IMG/VR virus record: IMGVR_UViG_3300021311_000141
Coordinates: 1 to 64,000 of that record
DNA: 64,000 bases
Reading direction: 5' to 3' (one strand)
Source: a virus
Taxonomy: Duplodnaviria > Caudoviricetes
The notes under the pieces were generated by a model, which saw only the letters and a list, made by a program, of their open reading frames with translations, was not told where the DNA came from and did not search any database. Every line of letters begins with the position of its first letter. Within the stretch, counting starts at the first letter, position 1. Of the stretch, positions 18,837 through 26,284 are shown one piece after another. The position numbers were made by a program, and so were the translations under genes.

Positions 18837-19922
18837 TTACGCGAACAGGAAAAACGGGCGGACACCGCGCGAGTGGGACGCGCTGGCGTAGTACGCACCG
18901 CCGCCGCGGCTGTCGGCATAGGCGAAGGCCGTCGACGACGCCACCGCGCCCAACCACCAGGCGTAGCGGGCCGCTCGTCCGTTGATCCACGTCGGGTCGA
19001 GCCGAAACAGGGCAAGCTGCGCCTTTTTGCAGCCGACATCGCGGGCGGAGGAACTCCAGACCGTGCCGCCGTACACCATGGGTTCGGAACACAGCCCGAT
19101 GAGCTCATCGGCCCACGCGCTGGCATTCGAGCTGCCGACCAGGGCGGAGCCTGCCATGCTGTCGGCAGTGGCATTAACGCCGGTTGTCAGCCAATCGCTG
19201 TGCCCGACAATGTGGCCGTCCATGCAGTTCGCAGCGTTCAGTTCGCCGTACACGGTGTTCTGCAGGGTCGCCCACAACGCGCAGCCGCGGAGTGCGCCGG
19301 TCGTGTCGTTGGTGGGGTTCATCTGGGCGCTGAACAGCGAGGTGTCGGGCATGAGGATAAGATGATTTGCCGTGGTTTGCCCGATGGTGTTCGGATTGCT
19401 GCCGTCAATGGCCAGGCCGTTGGTGGCGTCAACAGCGCCCATGTACTTCCAGTAGTTGAAATGGGCGATGCGGAAGTTCACATCGACCGTGCTGCCGCCG
19501 TGCGTGAACTTCCTGGTGAAGTAGTCGCCGATGTAGAGGTCGGAGAAGTCCCCTGCGGCCAGCTTCGCGGACAGCTCGGCCAGCGTATAGACGTTGGTCA
19601 GATTCTTGCCGCGGTAGATGCAGTTGTGGGCGGCGGCCACGTCGTCGCCGGTGTCGGAGCTGCGAAGGATGAGGTTGGCGCAGCTTTTCCCGTCAGTGGC
19701 AGCAGTGTCCACATAACTCTTATTCGCCCCATGGTTGGCCGCCGTAGGTGCGGGAAGCACTGGGGATGATGTGAAGGTTTTAACGCCGCCGATGGTCTCA
19801 TTATTCACTTTGTGTACTGCGTTGCCCAAAAGCTCTGCGGACTGCCGCAATACGGAAGAGGTTTCCTCAAGTTCTTCCTCGCAGTTCTGAATCGCCGCGA
19901 GCAATTCGTCGGAGGTGGCCAT
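18837..19922 (-). CDS. DGR target: tail-fibre/receptor-binding protein with C-terminal CLec-type variable domain (DUF6273-like)
   Basis: N-terminal coiled coil; fibre motifs VHKVNNETIGGVKTFTSSP and ANKSYVD; DFSDLYIGDYF; ends in WWL...RGVRPFFLF, typical of CLec-fold targets; AAGGAG SD at ATG 19922. Confidence 0.85.
   Translation of the reverse strand: MATSDELLAAIQNCEEELEETSSVLRQSAELLGNAVHKVNNETIGGVKTFTSSPVLPAPTAANHGANKSYVDTAATDGKSCANLILRSSDTGDDVAAAHNCIYRGKNLTNVYTLAELSAKLAAGDFSDLYIGDYFTRKFTHGGSTVDVNFRIAHFNYWKYMGAVDATNGLAIDGSNPNTIGQTTANHLILMPDTSLFSAQMNPTNDTTGALRGCALWATLQNTVYGELNAANCMDGHIVGHSDWLTTGVNATADSMAGSALVGSSNASAWADELIGLCSEPMVYGGTVWSSSARDVGCKKAQLALFRLDPTWINGRAARYAWWLGAVASSTAFAYADSRGGGAYYASASHSRGVRPFFLFA
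18855..18972 (-). repeat. DGR variable repeat (VR), 118 nt
   Basis: Codon-by-codon alignment to TR gives 16 substitutions, all at TR adenines, plus one extra GGC codon. Confidence 0.95.
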
Positions 19923-19962
19923 AGTCAAACTCCTTTTGCGGTGTCACCGCGCTTTTTATTGG

Positions 19963-20553
19963 TTACGATTGGCTTTCCTCGTATCCCAGCTCTGAAGCGC
20001 ACCATGAAACTATTTCTGCAAGGCGCGTTTCTAATATTGACACACGCGCTGCCATATTTGTAAGCAGTGTGTAATATTCAGCAAGCTGCGTCTGATAGGC
20101 AGTGATGATATCAGCAGAAATCAAGTCATACTGTTCACCATTGTAATACAGCAGATATGTATTGTTTGCCATGAGTGCGCGCGCTTCAATAGCTGCGCCC
20201 TGAAAATATATTGACTTCGCACCCGTGTTGTTGACGTTCAACGTGGGATTATTTGCAGTATTTGTGTTGGCAAACCTTACAATAACCGTTGCACCTTTGC
20301 GCAGGATGAAGTTGCTGGCATTAAGGACTTTTTCCGTTGTCCCAGCCGCCGTGGAACATTCACCGGAAACATGGCTATTCAGTTCTCTACGGACAACCTC
20401 AAACTCGGCCTGTGCGTTGGCGCCGGTCACGCCGTTCCGGGCGGTGAGCAGCACCATGCCGCCGTCGGTTTCGGCATGTTCCTTGATGAGGGTGTCGCCG
20501 GAGCGGCGGAAGTTGACGACCTTCTTGATGGTTTCGGAAATGGAAAAGGGCAT
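19963..20553 (-). CDS. Small tail-fibre-associated protein (module C plus AT-rich beta domain)
   Basis: First 51 codons nearly identical to those of 20638-21147; IVRFANTNTANNPTLNVNNTGAKSIY fibre-type motif. Confidence 0.65.
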   Translation of the reverse strand: MPFSISETIKKVVNFRRSGDTLIKEHAETDGGMVLLTARNGVTGANAQAEFEVVRRELNSHVSGECSTAAGTTEKVLNASNFILRKGATVIVRFANTNTANNPTLNVNNTGAKSIYFQGAAIEARALMANNTYLLYYNGEQYDLISADIITAYQTQLAEYYTLLTNMAARVSILETRLAEIVSWCASELGYEESQS

Positions 20554-20554
20554 G
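20402..20554. repeat. 153-bp direct repeat, copy 1 (copy 2 at 20996-21148)
   Basis: 151/153 identical by eye; encodes the shared N-terminus MPFSISETIKKVVNFRRSGD. Confidence 0.9.
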
Positions 20555-20585
20555 GGTACATCCCCTTATGATGAAACACAGCAAT

Positions 20586-20630
20586 GCCCGCGCAGGCTGG
20601 CGGTTTTATATCCCGCCCGCCTGCGCGGGC
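20586..20630. terminator. Long intergenic hairpin between the duplicated fibre genes
   Basis: 12-bp stem gcccgcgcaggc/gcctgcgcgggc plus inner ggcgg/ccgcc; terminator or mRNA-stabilising role uncertain. Confidence 0.45.
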
Positions 20631-20637
20631 GAATTGG

Positions 20638-21147
20638 TTAGGCCTGTTCCACGATTACCAGGCCACCATCGGCGATGCCTTCGGGCATGGTTTCGGGCGT
20701 GCTGGCGACGTGCAGCACGTCCACTTCCTTGTTCTGCACATCGCCCCAGTTCACGGTCACATCCATGGATTCCGCCTCGGCAGTCTTCACCCAGCCGTTG
20801 GTGGTGTCCTGATAGATGTACTTGGCCGCACCGGCAGCGACGGTGTTGTCGGCGCTGGCGTCGATCACCCAGCACTGGTCACCCACGTTCATGCCGGTCA
20901 GGGCGTCGCGGGCGGCAATGTTGGCCACGACGGACATCTTGGTCTGCCCGTCGATGGTGCTCTGCATGCCAGAGATGAGCGTACGGATGGCTTCGAACTC
21001 GGCCTGCGCGTTGGCGCCGGTCACGCCGTTCTGGGCGGTGAGCAGCACCATGCCGCCGTCGGTTTCGGCATGTTCCTTGATGAGGGTGTCGCCGGAGCGG
21101 CGGAAGTTGACGACCTTCTTGATGGTTTCGGAAATGGAAAAGGGCAT
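20638..21147 (-). CDS. Small tail-fibre-associated protein (modules C plus B)
   Basis: Shares its N-terminus with 19963-20553 and the IAARDALTGMNVGDQCWV.DASADNTVAAGAA module with 21242-21667. Confidence 0.65.
   Translation of the reverse strand: MPFSISETIKKVVNFRRSGDTLIKEHAETDGGMVLLTAQNGVTGANAQAEFEAIRTLISGMQSTIDGQTKMSVVANIAARDALTGMNVGDQCWVIDASADNTVAAGAAKYIYQDTTNGWVKTAEAESMDVTVNWGDVQNKEVDVLHVASTPETMPEGIADGGLVIVEQA
20824..20921. repeat. 98-bp direct repeat, copy 1 (copy 2 at 21395-21492)
   Basis: 93/98 identical by eye. Confidence 0.85.
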
Positions 21148-21241
21148 GATTTACACTCCTGTGCTTTATTTTGTTCCAGTGCTGTCTCCGGAGTAACAAT
21201 CACTGGACATGGCCTCGGCCCAATGCTTTGGCCGGATTGAC

Positions 21242-21667
21242 TTATATTTTTTCAATATCCACAGTCAGCCTCCCTCCATCCCGCAATCCTTCCGGCATGG
21301 ACGTTGGCAGCGTGGTTACATGGAGGGCGTCATCCATACTTTCACTCTCTGTTGTCTTGACCCATCCAGAGGATGCCCCCTGCCAGACATAACCGGCCGC
21401 ACCGGCAGCGACGGTGTTGTCGGCGCTGGCGTCGAGCACCCAGCACTGGTCACCGACGTTCATGCCGGTCAGAGCATCACGGGCGGCAATGTCGGGAGCG
21501 ACAAAGCTTTTCGTGTTCCCTTGAACGGCCTGTCTCAATGACTGCATCTCGTGCTTAAATTCAGACAAAATGGTTGGGAGATATTTTTTTGTTTCCTCGT
21601 CATAGACTTCACTTGTCGGTGTCTTTAGGGGTTTCCCATTGCGTGTAAAATGCGCTAGATCTACCAT
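21242..21667 (-). CDS. Small tail-fibre-associated protein (modules A plus B)
   Basis: Same B module and MPEG.DGG C-terminal motif as 20638-21147. Confidence 0.65.
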   Translation of the reverse strand: MVDLAHFTRNGKPLKTPTSEVYDEETKKYLPTILSEFKHEMQSLRQAVQGNTKSFVAPDIAARDALTGMNVGDQCWVLDASADNTVAAGAAGYVWQGASSGWVKTTESESMDDALHVTTLPTSMPEGLRDGGRLTVDIEKI

Positions 21668-21680
21668 AATGCACCCCCGT

Positions 21681-22526
21681 TTAGTCTATATGTGTAATAT
21701 TGACTATCAGCGCAGCATCTTCAGGTGCAACTGATTTGTTATCAACGATAGAGATAGGAGCAATTTTTGCCCCTCCGACAGCTGTATATCCAGCAGGGGA
21801 TAAAGTTTCTGTGAACACAGGTATGACGCTGTTGCCGATACCCATAGCTAACGCCAGTTCAACACTTGCAATGCGGCGCATTAAAATAATGTTATGCTTT
21901 GCAGTATGAACAAATCGCAACATTTCCTGCATCTTGGCAAATTCAACATCATTCTTGAGATCAATTCTCGCCAGCGATTCCAAAATACTGTTCCTGATTA
22001 AACGTATTCTGGAAGCCGTTGCCCTTGCCTCTCGAATCAAAGAATGCTGCACAAAACCAAATATCTGCACTGATTCTGCGACATCACGCCTATCAACATT
22101 GATCATGTCATCCGTGATGTCAGAAGAAATATCCTCAACAGTAACTGTGGCGAGCAGAATATGGTGGTCATTCAGTTTTTCTCTCGCCACAATTCGCTGA
22201 TAGCCGGGCTGCGTTTCGACGTAGAATGCCTCAATGACGATATGCCATGTGCCGGACGCCGGGATTTCCACATACCCAGGGTCGTCCATGGTGACAGTGA
22301 GGCTGTAGCCATCGCGCTCCACAACGGCGACGCTGCGGGAGGAGCCGTCCTCATGCGTGACAAGCACTTTGCCTGCCCCGCCGGGCTTGACCACGAAGCC
22401 GCGGTACACGCCGGGGCTAAGAATGCCAGCAAGTTTACGGTTAAGGGCGCTGGATACATACCGCTCGCCAAACCGCACCGACTGGCGCAGCACAGGCGCG
22501 GACATTGTTTCGATGGACTGACTCAT
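21681..22526 (-). CDS. Short tail-fibre anchor homologous to the constant N-terminus of P1 gpS
   Basis: ERYVSSALNRKLAGILSPGVYRGFVVKPGG resembles the P1 gpS N-terminus as recalled; only 281 aa, with an AT-rich helical C-terminal part. Confidence 0.75.
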   Translation of the reverse strand: MSQSIETMSAPVLRQSVRFGERYVSSALNRKLAGILSPGVYRGFVVKPGGAGKVLVTHEDGSSRSVAVVERDGYSLTVTMDDPGYVEIPASGTWHIVIEAFYVETQPGYQRIVAREKLNDHHILLATVTVEDISSDITDDMINVDRRDVAESVQIFGFVQHSLIREARATASRIRLIRNSILESLARIDLKNDVEFAKMQEMLRFVHTAKHNIILMRRIASVELALAMGIGNSVIPVFTETLSPAGYTAVGGAKIAPISIVDNKSVAPEDAALIVNITHID

Positions 22527-22528
22527 GG

Positions 22529-22969
22529 TTAACCCTCCGTCCCTTCAACGGCTTCCACGGGGAATGTGAGCGCCGGGTAACTGCGGTCTGCCTCGGTCGG
22601 CGTCACCCAGTCGGGAAACGTCGTGCAGACCGCAACCAGATCGCCGTCCTGGTCGTAGATGCCAATGAGGTTGTATTTATGGGGGGTCGATACCGCGCCG
22701 GCGGGTATTTCGCATTTGCAGACGGTGACGCCGTTGGAATACTCGGCCTCCACGGCTCCCCGGTAAAATTCTTCCGGCACGTCAGTCATGTTGGCTGGGA
22801 TGTCGAGCAGGACAGGGGCGTCCGGGTCGGAAACATCGACGAGGCCAAAGCCCGCCCGGAACTCTTCAAAACGGGGGCAGACACCTTGCCCGGCGGCCGC
22901 CATGCCGACCTTTTCATAGTATTTATTCAGCAGCTTGGAACGCTGATAGACAGTTCCGTCCGACATCAC
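22529..22969 (-). CDS. Tail fibre assembly/structural protein (P1 gpR-like)
   Basis: SKLLNKYY and YNLIGIYDQDGDLVAVC motifs; lies between gp16 and S as in P1. Confidence 0.7.
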   Translation of the reverse strand: MMSDGTVYQRSKLLNKYYEKVGMAAAGQGVCPRFEEFRAGFGLVDVSDPDAPVLLDIPANMTDVPEEFYRGAVEAEYSNGVTVCKCEIPAGAVSTPHKYNLIGIYDQDGDLVAVCTTFPDWVTPTEADRSYPALTFPVEAVEGTEG

Positions 22970-24375
22970 ACATACCCTCCATAGGGATAATCAAGCGGGG
23001 CAAAATCCACGCTGATGCCGTCTTCACCGGGGAGACGGTCAAGCGGGTTTTCCATCTCCTCAAAAGCCGGCATTGCGGCATGAAAACGGCATCTTTCGGA
23101 AGCCGTGGAACAGATGAACGATGCAGGCACAGTGAATGCGCGCGTTTTGCGCTCCTGCTGGATGCCGAGCGCATGTTGAAAATCCAGCGCAACGCTTTTT
23201 TCGAGCTCGCGCAGCACCATGCTGATGGCTGACGTATCAGCCGCCTCGTTGCCGCTTCGCACTCTGTCGAGAGGGAGCAAATCGCCAAAGCCGTCAGGCA
23301 GGTAGCGGTCGAGGCGCCATGCGGATACGTCAAGAAAACGTATGCCCTGGCTCCGTTCGGTTTCCCCATGCCGTTTGAGCGTGCCGGGCGCAGCGTACAC
23401 GGTCGAAGTCCTGCCCCGCTTGCCGCTCAACGACATGGCAGGAGCAGAGAGGGGGACGCAAACAAGCCGTTCGCCTTCGGCATAGACGGTGGAAAGGCGC
23501 TGCGGCGCCATGAGTTCTCGCCCCGGCATCACAAGATCAAGCGGCAGCAGGTCGCCGAATCCGTCGGGGAGAAAACGGTCGAGGTGCCAGTCCGAATCAG
23601 CCCAAAAGGCTATGGCGACATGCCGCGAAACGTCGCGCGGCATCTCGAAAACGCCAATGTCGGCATGGCGCACGTCTGCAGGAGTGTAGTCGTAGCGGGC
23701 GCCCAGCGGCCCGAACTGAAGTTCTATCCTGTGGCAGTTGTCCCACGTCACTGACATGGCTGGGTCAAACACGCCCAGGTCGTACCGAATGAACCAAAGA
23801 AAGCCGTCAAAGACGATATGGAGCGGCTTTGTGCGAACCACCAGCGGGTGCGCCTCGTCGCGGAAACGGTCTTTGGAAAGGCCCTCTCGAAAGAGCCCCA
23901 GCTTGTCCACGCCCACGATGCCGCGCGATGTGAGAAAATACCCGTCCGGCGGAATATTCTTCGACCACGCATCCTCAAGCAGGTAATCACTTGTGATGAA
24001 CTCGGTGCCATATTCCTTGGCGGAAGGAGCAAAGAGCGGATACCACTCAACCGGGAAATCGCCGAAGTGCCTGCGGAACACGGAGCGCAGAATCAGCTCC
24101 ATGTCCTTGTATTCAATTTCGAGCCGACGCCATGCCAGGGCTATGGGACGGTCAGCCTCTTTCGGCATCTCGAAAGAGAAATAGTCGCCCATCTGGCGGA
24201 TTTTCTTGGCAAGGTCGGCATCGTCCGCCGTGTAGGAAGAGCGCAGCCGTTCGAGCCTGGACATCTCCGGGTCAAAAAAATCTTCCCAGAGACGTTCCAA
24301 GGCTGTGGCGAAGTCGGCCCACCTGGGCTCCTTCGCCTTCGCAGGCGTGAGGCGGTTTACAAGCCAGTTGTTCAA
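22966..24375 (-). CDS. Baseplate protein (P1 gp16-like) with internal repeats
   Basis: WLVNRLTPAKAKEPRWADFATALERLWE resembles P1 gp16; TTG start; two LDR.LPDGFGDLLPLD motifs. Confidence 0.75.
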   Translation of the reverse strand: MNNWLVNRLTPAKAKEPRWADFATALERLWEDFFDPEMSRLERLRSSYTADDADLAKKIRQMGDYFSFEMPKEADRPIALAWRRLEIEYKDMELILRSVFRRHFGDFPVEWYPLFAPSAKEYGTEFITSDYLLEDAWSKNIPPDGYFLTSRGIVGVDKLGLFREGLSKDRFRDEAHPLVVRTKPLHIVFDGFLWFIRYDLGVFDPAMSVTWDNCHRIELQFGPLGARYDYTPADVRHADIGVFEMPRDVSRHVAIAFWADSDWHLDRFLPDGFGDLLPLDLVMPGRELMAPQRLSTVYAEGERLVCVPLSAPAMSLSGKRGRTSTVYAAPGTLKRHGETERSQGIRFLDVSAWRLDRYLPDGFGDLLPLDRVRSGNEAADTSAISMVLRELEKSVALDFQHALGIQQERKTRAFTVPASFICSTASERCRFHAAMPAFEEMENPLDRLPGEDGISVDFAPLDYPYGGYV

Positions 24376-24380
24376 GAAAA

Positions 24381-24420
24381 TACCCTTGGCGGCCTGATTG
24401 TTTCAGTTCCGACAAGGGTA
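24381..24420 (-). terminator. Stem-loop overlapping the gp16 ribosome-binding site
   Basis: TACCCTTG/CAAGGGTA outer stem plus CGG/CCG and CTGA/TCAG inner stems, followed on the minus strand by UUUUC and the TTG start. Confidence 0.5.
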
Positions 24421-24452
24421 AAAACACATGGCAAGAGGGAACAATAAAAAAC

Positions 24453-24477
24453 TGTCTAAATATGCCAGATATGGAGG
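24453..24477. promoter_or_regulatory. Hyphenated palindrome, copy 2 (degenerate), upstream of the gp16-fibre-DGR operon
   Basis: TGTCTAAATATGCCAGATATGGAGG, similar to the copies at 15717 and 38617; adjacent A-tract. Confidence 0.6.
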
Positions 24478-24494
24478 GTGAAATTAAATTCTGC

Positions 24495-25916
24495 CTATCC
24501 GTCCCTGTACGAAAGTTCAATGACCGTGGCGTCCATGTCAATGCTGACCATCTGGTAAATGAGATCCGCCTTGGGCTGCCCCTGTATGGTGGCCTCGAAC
24601 CATGCCCCGGAATCCTTTTCAAAGTAACCTGTGGAATAGACAGCCTCATAGACCTCGTGCAAGAGCACCACGTCCCGCCGTGTGGGTGATGTCTTGCCGT
24701 AGGCGGCATCCAGCGCGTTTACGATGGCTGACTTTACTTCCGACAGGACGCAATCTTTCAGCACCTTCCCGGTAATATTCAGGGAAAATTCAATATGCTC
24801 CGGCTCGTACCATTGGAAATTGCGGCACATGAACGGAACATCGCGTATCGCCTGCATGGCAACGTCTTTGATGTCGCGCTTTGGAGAATAGGCGCATATC
24901 CATATTTTGTTGATATGGTTTATGTCGTATCCCCACATTTTTTCGGCTTCTTCCTCGCCCCAGGCAACAGCAAATACAATTTCAGGGAAACGTCGCCGCA
25001 GGAAATACTTGTAGTCATTGTCCCATACAAGACGCTCATTATACACAGGCGCATAGTGCAGATCGCGCCGCATCTCTTCCGTGTCTTCCTGATTGACGCC
25101 GTTTTGGATGGTCTGCGACACCGCAATTTGCGCTGCGGCAATCTGGCCCATATCATCCGTGATTTCATCAACGGGATAAAGCGTCTGTTTTTCCAGCAGC
25201 ACCACATTCCCGTCAGTGAGCACGACATCCACGCGCACCTTGGAGCCTGCTGCGGGTATCTTGCCGAAGTCGCCGTTGCCGAAACGTATGCCTATCTGGT
25301 CGGTGAAATGGTAGAACTCGTCAAACACCAGAGAATCGGAGTAGGAATTGGTCAGCAGCCGGTCATAGTTCCACTCGACGTAGTTCTCCCCGTCTTCGGC
25401 CACGAATACCCGAAAAGACACCACATGGCGCGAGATGTCACGCCCCAGGAGCAGTTCATAGAACGGCGTGGCCGCGTCGATGGCAAATTCCAGAGTTTCC
25501 CTGCTGCGTTGTTCCACCGGCGCGTCCACGCTGCCGCCGGCGGGGACGGTTATGGTGTCGGTCAGCGTGAACACAACCTGCGCGTCCGACATAAACTCGC
25601 GCTCGCGCACCAGAGTAAAGGGATATTCTCCCTGATTTGTCACCGTGACCCGTCCCGCAGCCGGAATGGGCTTACGGGGCATATATTCCATGCCTTCGCC
25701 GTGCGCGAGGATGGAGGAACGGTTCAGCGCGGTGTCAATGAATGCCTCATGCCTGGCACGCTCGACTTTATTGGCGGCATCTTCAATGGCCCATCCAATG
25801 AAGATGGCAAGATGCTTGACGAATTGCGAGCCAGTGAGGTCTTTCCATGAATCCATGCCGGCGAGTTCTGTTTTCAATCTCTCGAAAGCCGCATCGGAAA
25901 GTATCATTGCGCGCAC
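24495..25916 (-). CDS. bplA: Baseplate wedge protein (P1 BplA / gpJ-like)
   Basis: EAFIDTALNRSSILAHGE, GIRFGNGDFGKIP and ERLVWDNDYKYFL baseplate-J family motifs. Confidence 0.85.
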   Translation of the reverse strand: MRAMILSDAAFERLKTELAGMDSWKDLTGSQFVKHLAIFIGWAIEDAANKVERARHEAFIDTALNRSSILAHGEGMEYMPRKPIPAAGRVTVTNQGEYPFTLVREREFMSDAQVVFTLTDTITVPAGGSVDAPVEQRSRETLEFAIDAATPFYELLLGRDISRHVVSFRVFVAEDGENYVEWNYDRLLTNSYSDSLVFDEFYHFTDQIGIRFGNGDFGKIPAAGSKVRVDVVLTDGNVVLLEKQTLYPVDEITDDMGQIAAAQIAVSQTIQNGVNQEDTEEMRRDLHYAPVYNERLVWDNDYKYFLRRRFPEIVFAVAWGEEEAEKMWGYDINHINKIWICAYSPKRDIKDVAMQAIRDVPFMCRNFQWYEPEHIEFSLNITGKVLKDCVLSEVKSAIVNALDAAYGKTSPTRRDVVLLHEVYEAVYSTGYFEKDSGAWFEATIQGQPKADLIYQMVSIDMDATVIELSYRDG

Positions 25917-25918
25917 CC

Positions 25919-26272
25919 CTAGAGCTTGATTTGCAGGTTTTCCTGTCCGTACTGGTGGACAATGACCACATGCGCAAGGTCAATGTCCCTGACTTCCACA
26001 TTGACGGCAACAAGCCGCAGGTCGTCTATGTCCAGGGGCATCTTCCGCGAAAGAGCAAGTTCAATCTGCACTTCAAGGCCGTTTCCTTCCGACAGCGGAT
26101 CGTGCTTGAACCTGGACAGGTTGTGCCCCCAGGACGGATTGTTGGCGACCGTGCCTTCCGGGGTGGCCAGCCATTCTTGAATCCGCTCTGACATGGCGTT
26201 GCCTTCCAGCGTCCGGGCCATGTCCGACGCGGGCGCGGAACGCATCCGCCAGCTTGCTTCCTCAAATGCCAT
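25919..26272 (-). CDS. Baseplate wedge subunit (P1 PmgA / T4 gp25-like)
   Basis: ERIQEWLATPEGTVANNPSWG motif; between sit and bplA as in P1. Confidence 0.7.
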   Translation of the reverse strand: MAFEEASWRMRSAPASDMARTLEGNAMSERIQEWLATPEGTVANNPSWGHNLSRFKHDPLSEGNGLEVQIELALSRKMPLDIDDLRLVAVNVEVRDIDLAHVVIVHQYGQENLQIKL

Positions 26273-26284
26273 GTCATCGCCTCG

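Larger units (their letters stand above)
16760..19922 (-). mobile_element. Complete diversity-generating retroelement (target with VR, hairpin, avd, TR, RT)
   Basis: TR and VR identical except at TR adenines plus one 3-nt indel; YMDD reverse transcriptase; four-helix accessory gene; hairpin after the VR. Confidence 0.95.

Noticed and set aside
20402-21492. CRISPR array or invertible segment
   Set aside because: Repeats are long, direct, two-copy and coding; no spacers, no inverted recombination sites and no invertase
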